32,000 bases of DNA. Origin: Alkanindiges illinoisensis DSM 15370 (GTDB lineage: Bacteria; Pseudomonadota; Gammaproteobacteria; Pseudomonadales; Moraxellaceae). The notes beneath the pieces are model-generated. The model did no database searches. It had not been told where the DNA came from and saw nothing but the letters and a program-made list of their open reading frames with translations. The translations under genes and the position numbers were made by a program. The stretch lies in assembly GCF_000619845.1 (NCBI RefSeq), contig NZ_JHUX01000004.1, positions 120,001 to 152,000 on the forward strand. Reading direction: 5' to 3'. Position 1 is the stretch's first letter. The number at the start of each line of letters is the position of its first letter. Below, one piece after another: positions 7,117-16,395 of the stretch.

Positions 7117-9840
7117 TTAATATTCAAAAGGAATCATTCTTTTATATCTTGTCTTTAATGCATCGACCCCACCTTCCATTATTGAGCATACCAAATCCCT
7201 AACAGCTTTCTCTTGTAACGCACCACTAGCTTCAATTTGAATTAGACCTTTATTTTGTAAAGCTATTACATTTTCAGAGTCGGAGTTGACTACTATATTT
7301 GGATTATGTGTTACAAGAATAACCTGCCTTTTGGTTTTTGATTCTTTTAGCTGTTTAACAATTAATCTAGTAATTAGAGAGTTATCTAGATCATCTTCTG
7401 GTTGATCTAGAATTAATGGCTCATTACCATAATTCAATAATAAGCTCAGTATCGTTGCTGATTTTTGACCTGCCGATCCTTCAGCAATATTTCTAAAATT
7501 ATTTCCATTAGTTCTAAAATCAATTTTGATATCATCGTGTGGAAACCATCCGAGGATGCTTTCAATTACTTCAGAGGAAGAATTTATTTTCATTAGGTGA
7601 TCGAATAATCTTTTCTCAATCTTTTCTTTTATAACACTAGCTATTGGGTTTGATAATATCTCCATTTTAAATTCTGATATTATTTTATGACATTCTTCAA
7701 TGTCATAATTTTTGTTCTTAAAATCATTTTCCAAATTAAATAAAATGCCTTTTTGCTCATCGGAGTCATAAATACTACTTGAAAAATAGTCTCCTGTTTT
7801 TTGTATACATGCTCTAAAACCATTTTCATTAATTTTACCAAAAGGAATTATAGTAACTCTAATTTCATCATTGCTAGAAAAATAATTACTTATAAATTCT
7901 TTTCTACGTTTGGTTAGATTCATCCTATTTTCTATCAATTTACCATATATAGCTTTTAATTCGATTTTATTATTTATTAATTCACTCTCATATATACTAA
8001 TATTCTCCAAATTTTTATCAATAATTTCTATGCTATTCACTAATTTCTGATGACTTTGAAAGTCAATACCTACATCTTTGAGTTGATCTAAAGTTATTTT
8101 ATAATCTTCAATAGCTCTATCTATCCTCTTATAATCATCTATTTGAAGAATTTTTTCCTCAAAATCCGTAAAAAGATTACTCAGTTCCTGAGTTTTAATA
8201 ACTAAATTATTTTTAATATCAGCAACTAGATTTAAAATTGAATTAATTTCATTATTTGCATATGTTTCATCTATTTGATTAGATATTTCTGAGTAATTAT
8301 CTGTAAATTTTGTTAGTTCCAATATTTTCTCTGAAACACTATTTTTAAAATCCTTAAATTTATTTTTTTGTATTAAGGCATTTTTATAGTCTTGTGCTAT
8401 TTTTTCATTTAAGGGATTTTCAATAAGGCTTAACTTATTAATTAAGTCTTTCCTCTCACCTAATAGCTGATTTTTAAAACCTATCTCAGAAACTAAATAA
8501 TTTTTACGATTCAAACTATGTTTTAAATCCCTAATTATTTCATTTGATTCTCTATTAAGACTATTAATATCTACTATGAGTGATTGATCAATCATATTAA
8601 ATAAAAAAGAAGGATTCTTGGAAAGTTCAAATATCTGCTTTTGGCTATAAATACTGATTGGAAATCTTTGATGAATTTCCCCAAATTCTTCCTCTAAGAT
8701 ATTAAATTCATTGTCAATTTTATATATATTATGTTTTTGATTATCAGCAGACCATACAATTTTATATTTTAAATTATCTTTTTCATAAATACATGAAATA
8801 ACACTTTTTTCTAAGAACATACCAGAATCTTCACGAGATTTTGAAATCTTTTTAAATAATTCAAAGGTTCTTTTAATTTCATGTAAATCTTTAGTATCTA
8901 AAATTTCTTTATCCTTTGATAATACTATCCTTATAAATTCCACTAAAGAAGATTTACCTGCACCTCTACCACCAATTATTGAATTTAGCCAAGGACTAAT
9001 ATTTATAGTAAGTCCACTAGAGCGTCCTGCATACTTACAATCCTTAATATCTATAGATTGTATTAATAGTTTAGATTTTTCATCATTTGGATTAATGCTT
9101 GTTGTCTCCTTCCTTTTAATAGAAGTATTTCCATCTATTAATGCAAGTTTTAGACCCTCAATAGTTGGAGCACCCATTTTGACCCAAGTAAATGCCCTAC
9201 CAACCTCTCTGGGCATATGAGCATCACTACCTATTACATTTGGCAAGTTGCTTATATGTGAATATTTATTTTTAAAATCATTATTCCATAATGAAAATTT
9301 TTCTGGAAAAACGACTTCTACAGCTAAAACCGCTTGTATCAATTGTTTGTATGAACTCATTGATTGCATCAGAAAAGCTCCTGCTGCAAGATCAACATGA
9401 GCTGGAATAGCAATCCCTCCAGCTTGATGAATTGCATGTACAACTTCAATTGCACTTTTAGTGCAGGGTATATCTATTTGATTTGGTTTAGCTCCTACCG
9501 CTCCAATTAAACTAGAAATTTCTTCTTGGGAGCAGCTTGGATCAAATATTGCAAGTATATGAACATTCGAGTTTGCTGTTATTTCCATACCAGGAAATAT
9601 AGAAATATTTTTACCTTCATTTTTTAATAATTCAGCCTCTTTTTTTAGGCTATCTATCCATGTTGCAGTGTTATGGTCTGTTACAGCTACGCACTCTATC
9701 CCTTCATCTATAAATTTCATTAGCCAATCACGAGGGTTAATCGTTTTTGGATCAAATTGAGCTTTAGCATAATCACTTGATGCAGGTGTATGTGTATGAA
9801 AATCAAATTTCCACCATCTTGCTCCAGTAGTATTAATCAT
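7117..9840 (-). CDS. PHP-domain + SMC/ABC-like coiled-coil ATPase (single-gene anti-phage candidate, Ppl-like architecture)
   Basis: N-terminal PHP motifs (WWKFDFHTHTPASSDY, VAVTDHNT, IPAHV, GSDAHMP). Walker A GGRGAGKSS, a long N/K/I/E-rich helical region, a signature-like GSAGQKSA, Walker B LILDQPEDDLD and VILVTHNPN. SD aagggga. Confidence 0.8.
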   Translation of the reverse strand: MINTTGARWWKFDFHTHTPASSDYAKAQFDPKTINPRDWLMKFIDEGIECVAVTDHNTATWIDSLKKEAELLKNEGKNISIFPGMEITANSNVHILAIFDPSCSQEEISSLIGAVGAKPNQIDIPCTKSAIEVVHAIHQAGGIAIPAHVDLAAGAFLMQSMSSYKQLIQAVLAVEVVFPEKFSLWNNDFKNKYSHISNLPNVIGSDAHMPREVGRAFTWVKMGAPTIEGLKLALIDGNTSIKRKETTSINPNDEKSKLLIQSIDIKDCKYAGRSSGLTINISPWLNSIIGGRGAGKSSLVEFIRIVLSKDKEILDTKDLHEIKRTFELFKKISKSREDSGMFLEKSVISCIYEKDNLKYKIVWSADNQKHNIYKIDNEFNILEEEFGEIHQRFPISIYSQKQIFELSKNPSFLFNMIDQSLIVDINSLNRESNEIIRDLKHSLNRKNYLVSEIGFKNQLLGERKDLINKLSLIENPLNEKIAQDYKNALIQKNKFKDFKNSVSEKILELTKFTDNYSEISNQIDETYANNEINSILNLVADIKNNLVIKTQELSNLFTDFEEKILQIDDYKRIDRAIEDYKITLDQLKDVGIDFQSHQKLVNSIEIIDKNLENISIYESELINNKIELKAIYGKLIENRMNLTKRRKEFISNYFSSNDEIRVTIIPFGKINENGFRACIQKTGDYFSSSIYDSDEQKGILFNLENDFKNKNYDIEECHKIISEFKMEILSNPIASVIKEKIEKRLFDHLMKINSSSEVIESILGWFPHDDIKIDFRTNGNNFRNIAEGSAGQKSATILSLLLNYGNEPLILDQPEDDLDNSLITRLIVKQLKESKTKRQVILVTHNPNIVVNSDSENVIALQNKGLIQIEASGALQEKAVRDLVCSIMEGGVDALKTRYKRMIPFEY

Positions 9841-9919
9841 GTTTTCCCCTTAATTAATTTATTATGAATATATTCATATAGTGTAAAGAAGGTTTCTCAA
9901 ATTTTATAGGTTTTGAGAA

Positions 9920-10222
9920 TCAAAGTTTTATAACTTCTGGCTTATGCTTGTTTAGAGATTGGTTTTCATTGTCAGCTAACTTATCCCTATAATCAGCCCA
10001 CCGTCCACACGTTGCACTAGGATAGTACTATGTTATAGAAACTAGCCACACCGCCTTTACATGCGCTAGGGCGGCTTCTAAATATTTCTCATTAAGTGTT
10101 TTACTGGCAACTTTCCTAAAGCTATGTGGTATTTATTGGCCTTTATACCCTAAGCGTATTAAGATATCAGAGACAAAAGGGCTTTTAGTATTGTACTTCT
10201 GGCTCAGGAACAGATAAGGCGA
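9920..10222 (-). pseudogene. Tyrosine-integrase 3' remnant (paralog of the int at 16893-18119), with in-frame stops
   Basis: Nucleotide similarity to 16893-17220. Translation gives PYLF.S....SP..SD.LIRLGYKGQ*IPHSFRKVASKTL..., parallel to SPYLFPSRS...RRLGYEGRQSPHGFRHIASTTL. It is truncated at 10222. Confidence 0.75.
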
Positions 10223-10600
10223 ATGATAGGTGAGCCTGTTGGCTTAGTGGCATACATCACGATTCACACTAAGACTGAACAAGCCAAACTATCACGCTCA
10301 TCAGAAGATCATTATAGCAGGCTAAAGTTACCTGCATTATCGATGCTTAGCTATCAAAACCAAAATACAAGCTTCAGTGTGCAATTAGTTCCAAGTAATG
10401 AACATACTCATGCCTATCTATTGAATAGGTTTGTGAAGTCTTAGGGCTGCCAATGGATTAATTAACCAAAGAGACGATTAAAAAAGCCTCTAATCGCAAG
10501 ATAGAAGCGCATCAGGCCAGCGATCACCAAAATCCATTCGAGAGTTATTGGAGCAAAAGATTTAGGAAGTTAATGAGGCGAAGAACATTTTCACTTTCTC
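10223..10600 (+). pseudogene. Decayed second copy of the HPD-less J-like gene
   Basis: Colinear with 6710-7100 at the nucleotide level. It lacks the first ~11 codons and carries several stops and frameshifts (e.g. TAG at 10442). It still encodes ...AHQASDHQN..., i.e. it is also HPD-less. Confidence 0.8.
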
Positions 10601-10764
10601 AAGAAACCACTATGTAATGCTCAAGTAAAATTAGTCACCTTACTACCAAGGCAGAGCACACAAAATGTTTACTATAGTCAACAATATGCTATCATTTAGG
10701 TATATCACTTATTGAATTAGTCGACTCTAGTGTAGAAGATAATAGTCAATGACTCACAGGAAAT

Positions 10765-12033
10765 ATGCAAACTAAATTATTCCCCAAAGCATCTTTTGAA
10801 ATAGAAGCCAAGCACACTACACACTCGGGTGGTAAAGGTGAATATTTACATGATTGGTATTCATATTTAGAAGGTTTTTCATCATCATTTGTATATGAAA
10901 TTTTAAAAACTTATGCTCCTGATGCTGAAATCGTTCTGGAACCTTTTGCTGGAGTTGGAACGACTCCAGTGAATAGCTCGATTTTAGGTTGCACATCTTA
11001 TTATTGTGAAATTAACCCTGTTTTAAGAAAAGTTGTCGCAATTAAGCAAAAAATTCTTAACCTTTCAGATAGTAAAAAATCAGAATTTTTATTAGATATC
11101 AATGAGCTAGGGAATAATTTAAATCATTATTTACAGAATGTAAGACCATCAGAAGAACTAAGGAAAAAATATTACGATTGTTTTGATAAGAGTATTTTCT
11201 TTTCTCAAGATACTTTTGAGCAAGTACTAAAATTTAGATCCTTAGTGGATCAGATTGCATTAAAAGATGAACTTTTAGCTGAAGCTTTAGAGGTAGCCAT
11301 ACTATCTTGTTTAGTAACTTGTTCCTTATTAAAAAGATCAGGAGATGTACGTTTTAAAACTCCAAAAGAATTATCTAAAGGTGTACCTTTATTACTACCT
11401 TCAGTATTAAAGCAACTAAAGCTGATGATGGATGATTGTAGAAATTGTCCTCAAGCATTAGCTCCAATAAACTTATTGGCAAATAATTCAAAAGAAGTTT
11501 TAGATATCGAAAGTATCCAAGCTGATATTGTTATCACAAGCCCTCCTTACTTAAATGGTACTAATTATTTTCGAAATACAAAGCTCGAACTTTGGTTTAT
11601 TGGAGAGCTTTTAAACAATAAGAGTCTTCGTATTTTTAGAGATCAGGTTGTGACATCTGGAATAAATGATGTCACTAAAGATAAAGGGAAAGATATTTTA
11701 CCTTTGGTATCTGATTTATATGCTGAATTATTAGAAAAAGCTTATGACGCTAGAATTGCTAAGATGATGTCAGCATATTTTTATGAAATGAAAATAGTGC
11801 TAGAAGGATTGAAACACCATACGAAACTTAATGGTGTTATATGCATTGATATTGGAGATAGTGTCTATGCAAATGTGTATATTCCTACACACATAATTTT
11901 GACGGAAATCGCGAAAGATTTAGGTTTTTCATTATATGAAGAAATTTTATTAAGGAAAAGATATTCCAATGGTGGAGCTGAGTTAGGTCAGTATTTATTG
12001 GTATTAAAGAAGATGGATAGTGAAGAAAAATGA
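10765..12033 (+). CDS. DNA amino-methyltransferase 1 (SPPY catalytic motif; N4-C or N6-A)
   Basis: AdoMet motif I EPFAGVGTT sits near the N-terminus and catalytic motif IV ITSPPYLNG ~190 aa later (an alpha-type motif order). The stop overlaps the next gene (ATGA). Confidence 0.8.
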   Translation: MQTKLFPKASFEIEAKHTTHSGGKGEYLHDWYSYLEGFSSSFVYEILKTYAPDAEIVLEPFAGVGTTPVNSSILGCTSYYCEINPVLRKVVAIKQKILNLSDSKKSEFLLDINELGNNLNHYLQNVRPSEELRKKYYDCFDKSIFFSQDTFEQVLKFRSLVDQIALKDELLAEALEVAILSCLVTCSLLKRSGDVRFKTPKELSKGVPLLLPSVLKQLKLMMDDCRNCPQALAPINLLANNSKEVLDIESIQADIVITSPPYLNGTNYFRNTKLELWFIGELLNNKSLRIFRDQVVTSGINDVTKDKGKDILPLVSDLYAELLEKAYDARIAKMMSAYFYEMKIVLEGLKHHTKLNGVICIDIGDSVYANVYIPTHIILTEIAKDLGFSLYEEILLRKRYSNGGAELGQYLLVLKKMDSEEK

Positions 12034-13181
12034 AATCTGCCAAACTCGCTGAAATTTTAGAAAAATGGGATAACTTTAAAACAACGTTTCCTCATATGGA
12101 GGAACCATTTTCAAAAAGAAATTGGGGATCTGATTTACACTCGGTTTGTTCTTATCAAGGAAAAATGAAACCAGCTTTGGCTTATCATTTAATTGATACC
12201 TTCTCGGTAAAAGGAGATATCGTCTTAGATCCATTTAGCGGATCAGGAACTATTCCATTCGAAGCCGCTATAAATGGTCGTTTTGCCTTTGGGTTAGATA
12301 TTGGTGTATTAGCTACTTCTCTCTCGAATGCGAAGTTAAAAAAGCATAATAAAGAAGAAGTACTTAAAATAATTGACATGTTAGATGATTTTATTCGTAA
12401 TAATACACCGCAAGATAAAAGCATATCGGACTCAATAGGAGTCGCTTTTAATAAAACTATTCCAGAATATTTTCATGAGGATACTTTTAAAGAAATTCTC
12501 TTAGCGAGGGAATTTTTTCTTAAACACAATGACCCAGAATCAGAGAATTGGTCATTAGTTTTCGCATGTATGCTACACATTTTACATGGTAATAGGCCTT
12601 ATGCTTTAAGTCGTAATAGTCATCCTATTACCCCTTATGCACCTACGGGTGAATTTATATATAAGAATGTAATTGAAAAGTTGACAAATAAAGTTAACAA
12701 ATCAATAGAGGCTCAAGAGTTATTAAATTTAACTTCATCTAAATGCTTTTTATCAGATATCCTTAGTAAATGGCCTGAAGAAATTCAAAAAGTCGATTCA
12801 ATTATTACATCTCCCCCTTTTTTCGATAGTACAAAATTCTATATGACGAACTGGATGAGGTATTGGTTTTGTGGATGGAATAAGAAAGATTTTCAAGAAA
12901 ATCCTAAATCTTTTGTAGAAGTGATGCAGAAAAAAAATTTTGATGTTTATGAGTTTATATTTAAAGAAAGTTATGAACGTTTAGTTGCTAATGGTATTGC
13001 AGTCTTTCACTTAGGTCATAGTGATAAATGTGATATGGCTAAATCATTAATTCCTTTTGCTGAAAGATACTTCGAGATTCTTGATGTTTTTACAGAGTCT
13101 GTTGAGCATTGTGAAAAACACGGGATCAAAGATAAAGGTAGCGTTAAAGGACACCAATATTTAGTCTTAATGAAAAAGTAA
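12030..13181 (+). CDS. DNA amino-methyltransferase 2 (SPPF catalytic motif; N4-C or N6-A)
   Basis: Motif I DPFSGSGTI and motif IV ITSPPFFDS, with the same layout as methyltransferase 1. Translationally coupled by ATGA at 12030-12033. Confidence 0.8.
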   Translation: MKSAKLAEILEKWDNFKTTFPHMEEPFSKRNWGSDLHSVCSYQGKMKPALAYHLIDTFSVKGDIVLDPFSGSGTIPFEAAINGRFAFGLDIGVLATSLSNAKLKKHNKEEVLKIIDMLDDFIRNNTPQDKSISDSIGVAFNKTIPEYFHEDTFKEILLAREFFLKHNDPESENWSLVFACMLHILHGNRPYALSRNSHPITPYAPTGEFIYKNVIEKLTNKVNKSIEAQELLNLTSSKCFLSDILSKWPEEIQKVDSIITSPPFFDSTKFYMTNWMRYWFCGWNKKDFQENPKSFVEVMQKKNFDVYEFIFKESYERLVANGIAVFHLGHSDKCDMAKSLIPFAERYFEILDVFTESVEHCEKHGIKDKGSVKGHQYLVLMKK

Positions 13182-13194
13182 ATTGATTTTTACA

Positions 13195-13227
13195 AAAGGC
13201 TATAATTTTTTGAAAATTATAGCCTTT
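13195..13227. terminator. Bidirectional hairpin terminator between the convergent methyltransferase and endonuclease genes
   Basis: Perfect 15-bp arms aaaggctataatttt / aaaattatagccttt with a 3-nt loop, flanked by A/T runs. Confidence 0.6.
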
Positions 13228-13236
13228 CTTAAAAAA

Positions 13237-14643
13237 TTAGCCTAGATTTCTGTAAAGTTTGAGAAGATCTATTTTTTTTCCAACATCTGTTTTGTTTAGT
13301 GTTTTCTGTAAAGCTTTTAATAATAAATCTGAAGTCAGCTTTCCATCGCGTACTTTCTGTAGTTCTGATTTTTGGCAAAAAGAATTAAATAACCAATCTA
13401 AATTTTCAATTAGACAATTTACCGCATTCAAGTTAGGACTTGGATTTTGAAGTTCATCAAGTGAAAGTCCTGTTATTCTTGATAATTCAGAAAGTTTTTC
13501 TTGTGAATAAAATTCAGAAGGCGCTCTGTCCCTTTTTTGTGAATTGCAGGAACCACAAAGACATGTTGCTGTCTCATCTAATGGCCATAAGAGAGCTAAA
13601 GGACGGGTATGATCTAAATGCATTTCTTTCGGAGATTTGAGGTCAATTGAACAATTAAAACATTTTTTGCCAAATTTTAACCATATGTCATCAGTTAACT
13701 CACGACCACCTGATTTCTCTCTATATATAAGTTGCGGGCTTTTGCCAAAAATCTCAGTTAGGAGTAATTCAAAAGCTCGTCTTCTTGCCCCATCCTCCTT
13801 CATTTGAGCAGCAGTACGCTGTGGATTGTGTGCAGCATTAACCTCATATTTTTTACAGAATCTACATTCCAACTGATAACCGTACTCTAATTGCATTATT
13901 TGATTTGTTTCAACGTTTCTTAGCTTCCCAAAACCAGCATGGGAACAAGGCCGCCTATGAACGGCAACACAATGATTTGAAAAACTTAAGTGATGTCTCT
14001 CGTTATTAATATTTATTGGAAGGAAGCGAGCACAACGATTGCAAGACTTTAAGTAGATATGTGCATTTGAAGTTTCAGTCGAGTCAAAGCTTAATTCGAT
14101 GCTGACATCACCTTCTACAGAATAGAAATTTGATTCTGGTGCAAATTGGTACATATTTTTCAATAGTACAGGCTTTTCCGATTTTGCCCATTCCAAGTGT
14201 TTATGTTTGACAATACCACAGCCAACTTCGTAAAGTGCTAGATATGAATCTTCAAGGGCTGTAAATCTAACTTGTGTTTGCTCAACATTCGTATAAGTAC
14301 TAGAAGTTCCCATTGAACCAAACTTTGACCAGTTATTATCTTCTGGGTCAGTATGAAGCTCCTTTACAAATCCCCCTTTAAAAACTTCGACCCTTATTTG
14401 GTCATTACATGAATACCATCCCCCAAATGCAACTATATCTCCAAGGTTATGGTCTGGAATTTGGAATGTTATAGTAATATTTTGCCCTTTAGGAATTAGT
14501 ATACTTTCAATATCTTCTATTTTAAGCTCGCCACCAGTTGAATCAGGATGGCTTTTAAATCCACTAGTTCTTGTAGTTGTTCTTCTACGGCCTGCAAATT
14601 CAGTTTTCCCCGGAAGTTTATTGCCAAAATTTACTTTTTCCAT
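13237..14643 (-). CDS. HNH (beta-beta-alpha-Me) endonuclease with four CxxC pairs, putative restriction endonuclease subunit 1
   Basis: HLDHTRPLALLWPLDETATCLCGSCNSQKRDR plus CNRC, CRFC, CFNC and CGSC. The ATG directly abuts the C-gene stop (TAAATG), the classic C-R operon arrangement. Confidence 0.7.
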   Translation of the reverse strand: MEKVNFGNKLPGKTEFAGRRRTTTRTSGFKSHPDSTGGELKIEDIESILIPKGQNITITFQIPDHNLGDIVAFGGWYSCNDQIRVEVFKGGFVKELHTDPEDNNWSKFGSMGTSSTYTNVEQTQVRFTALEDSYLALYEVGCGIVKHKHLEWAKSEKPVLLKNMYQFAPESNFYSVEGDVSIELSFDSTETSNAHIYLKSCNRCARFLPININNERHHLSFSNHCVAVHRRPCSHAGFGKLRNVETNQIMQLEYGYQLECRFCKKYEVNAAHNPQRTAAQMKEDGARRRAFELLLTEIFGKSPQLIYREKSGGRELTDDIWLKFGKKCFNCSIDLKSPKEMHLDHTRPLALLWPLDETATCLCGSCNSQKRDRAPSEFYSQEKLSELSRITGLSLDELQNPSPNLNAVNCLIENLDWLFNSFCQKSELQKVRDGKLTSDLLLKALQKTLNKTDVGKKIDLLKLYRNLG

Positions 14644-14859
14644 TTACATTCCCTCAAAAAGCTGAGATAAATTTTTGTCTAATGCCTTAGCAATGGAATT
14701 CAAAGCCCTCAAAGAGATATTTCTCTTTCCTGTTTCAACGCCACTTACGTAAGTTCGATCTAGACATGCTTTATCAGCTAAAGCCTCTTGAGATAGCCCA
14801 TAATTTTTTCTGAGAATTTTAAGGTGGTTACCAAAAGCTCTAAGGAGTTCTTCTTCCAT
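14644..14859 (-). CDS. Controller (C) protein of a restriction-modification system, XRE-type HTH
   Basis: The 71-aa sequence LSQEALADKACLDRTYVSGVETGKRNISLRAL strongly resembles C.PvuII/C.AhdI-type controller proteins. It lies immediately upstream of the endonuclease. Confidence 0.8.
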   Translation of the reverse strand: MEEELLRAFGNHLKILRKNYGLSQEALADKACLDRTYVSGVETGKRNISLRALNSIAKALDKNLSQLFEGM

Positions 14860-14903
14860 GGCAGAAGCTGTCCAATTTTTTACTTAATCTTATGATAGTT
14901 TTT

Positions 14904-14935
14904 GTAGACTATGAGCCCACGTACTATGAGTCACA
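14904..14935 (-). promoter_or_regulatory. C-box operator pair upstream of the C gene
   Basis: tgtaGACTATGAGCccacgTACTATGAGTCaca holds two ACTATGAG(T/C) boxes (14907-14916 and 14922-14932), resembling GACT-N3-AGTC C-boxes. Confidence 0.55.
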
Positions 14936-15045
14936 TACATGTCAAATAAATATTTATTTTATTGAATAAGAATAGATACATATCTTCAAATTTTTTGCAT
15001 CATCTGGAAGTAGATAAATTGAATCTTCTCTCCACTTTCATCAAT

Positions 15046-16395
15046 TTATTTTTTTACATCTTGATAAAGTTGCAATAAGTTATAATTCTTTCCATATTCA
15101 GTTTCATCTAATGTCCTTTGTAAGGAAGTAAGAAATATTTCAGCAGTAATTTTTCCATCTCTATCTTTTTGTAAAGTATTGCTAAAACAGAAATCTGATA
15201 TTAGCCACTCTATATTATCTAATATCAACTTTACTGCTTCTAGGTTTACTTTAGCATGGGTTAAATCTGAAATAGACAATCCAATAATAGATGATAATTC
15301 TTCTATTTCTTCTGGTAGATAATATTCAGATGGTAACTTATTACTTTTTTGAGAATTACAAATTTCACATAAGCATGTGGCTGTTTCATCTAACGGCCAT
15401 AATAATGATAAAGGTCTTGTATGATCTAAATGCATATCTTTGGGATTATTTAGTTCAATATCGCACTTAAAACATCTTTTATTAAATTTAATCCAAGTAT
15501 CTGTAGCTAATCCACCATACCGATGTTTATTTTTATAACTTAACAGATGGCTTTTTTTATATAATTCAGTCAATAAGGACTCCATAGCACGTCTTCTTGC
15601 TGAATCTTCTCTTAACTGATCAATCGTACGTTGCTTATTTAGTGGTATATTTACAAATAGCTTTTTACAAATCCTGCATTCTAATTGATATCCATATTTT
15701 AGAGACAGAGCATCGTCACATTCTTCATGTTTTAAAGTGTTAAATCGTTTATGATTAGAAAAACTTAAGTGACTTTTTTCATTATTAATATTTATTGGTA
15801 AAAAACGCGCACAACGATTACAAGATTTTAAATACAAATCTATTTTTTTTTCTAACATATTGGCTGCTTGATTATAGACAATAATTTTCCCTTTATTTTG
15901 GTAAAAATTCCCTTCTGGAGCATATGTATGAATATTATCTAATTGTTTTTCAACATATGCGTCATTTCGAACTCTTTCAATTTCCTCATGATAAACTGTA
16001 CCACAATCAATATTATGAAAAGCTATATTAGTATCTTCTAATGCAGTAAAAGTTATTGAGGTGGTTGGAACATTATTTGTTGTATCAGAAACTCCTATAG
16101 AACCAAATTTAGACCAATTTAGCGGTTGATAAATTATCAATATAGTGTCTACAAACCCTCCTTTTTGTATATGTACTTTTATATTTTTATCACAAAAAAA
16201 CCATCCTCCAAATGCTACAAGATCTCCAATATTATGAGGTGGTATTAAAAACTCAATTTTAATGGACTGATTTTTATTAAGAAAAAAACTATCTTTTTTT
16301 TCTATTTTATAATTTCGCCCAGTACTGTCTGGATGGGTGCTATAACCAGATGTTTTTGTGGGCTGTCTTCTCTTAGGTAATAAAATATCATTCAT
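15046..16395 (-). CDS. Paralogous HNH endonuclease, putative restriction endonuclease subunit 2
   Basis: 449 aa, colinear with the 468-aa protein over its full length. It shares SG..SHPDSTG, GD.VAFGGW, NWSKFGS, YLKSCNRCARFLPININNE, YGYQLECR.CKK and HLDHTRPLSLLWPLDETATCLCEICNSQK. Confidence 0.7.
   Translation of the reverse strand: MNDILLPKRRQPTKTSGYSTHPDSTGRNYKIEKKDSFFLNKNQSIKIEFLIPPHNIGDLVAFGGWFFCDKNIKVHIQKGGFVDTILIIYQPLNWSKFGSIGVSDTTNNVPTTSITFTALEDTNIAFHNIDCGTVYHEEIERVRNDAYVEKQLDNIHTYAPEGNFYQNKGKIIVYNQAANMLEKKIDLYLKSCNRCARFLPININNEKSHLSFSNHKRFNTLKHEECDDALSLKYGYQLECRICKKLFVNIPLNKQRTIDQLREDSARRRAMESLLTELYKKSHLLSYKNKHRYGGLATDTWIKFNKRCFKCDIELNNPKDMHLDHTRPLSLLWPLDETATCLCEICNSQKSNKLPSEYYLPEEIEELSSIIGLSISDLTHAKVNLEAVKLILDNIEWLISDFCFSNTLQKDRDGKITAEIFLTSLQRTLDETEYGKNYNLLQLYQDVKK

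Noticed and set aside
5853-9840. The idea that the DjlA-like gene, the J-like gene and the PHP-ATPase form one three-gene system
   Set aside because: The ATPase is convergent (opposite strand) and much more AT-rich. The second, decayed J-like copy sits next to entirely different cargo (the R-M locus). So the J-like gene behaves as island backbone and the ATPase as exchangeable cargo.
12185-13640. Antisense ORFs in methyltransferase 2 and endonuclease 1 (12185-12424, 13259-13450, 13440-13640)
   Set aside because: AT-rich genes generate long antisense ORFs by chance. The sense-frame products carry the methyltransferase and HNH motifs.
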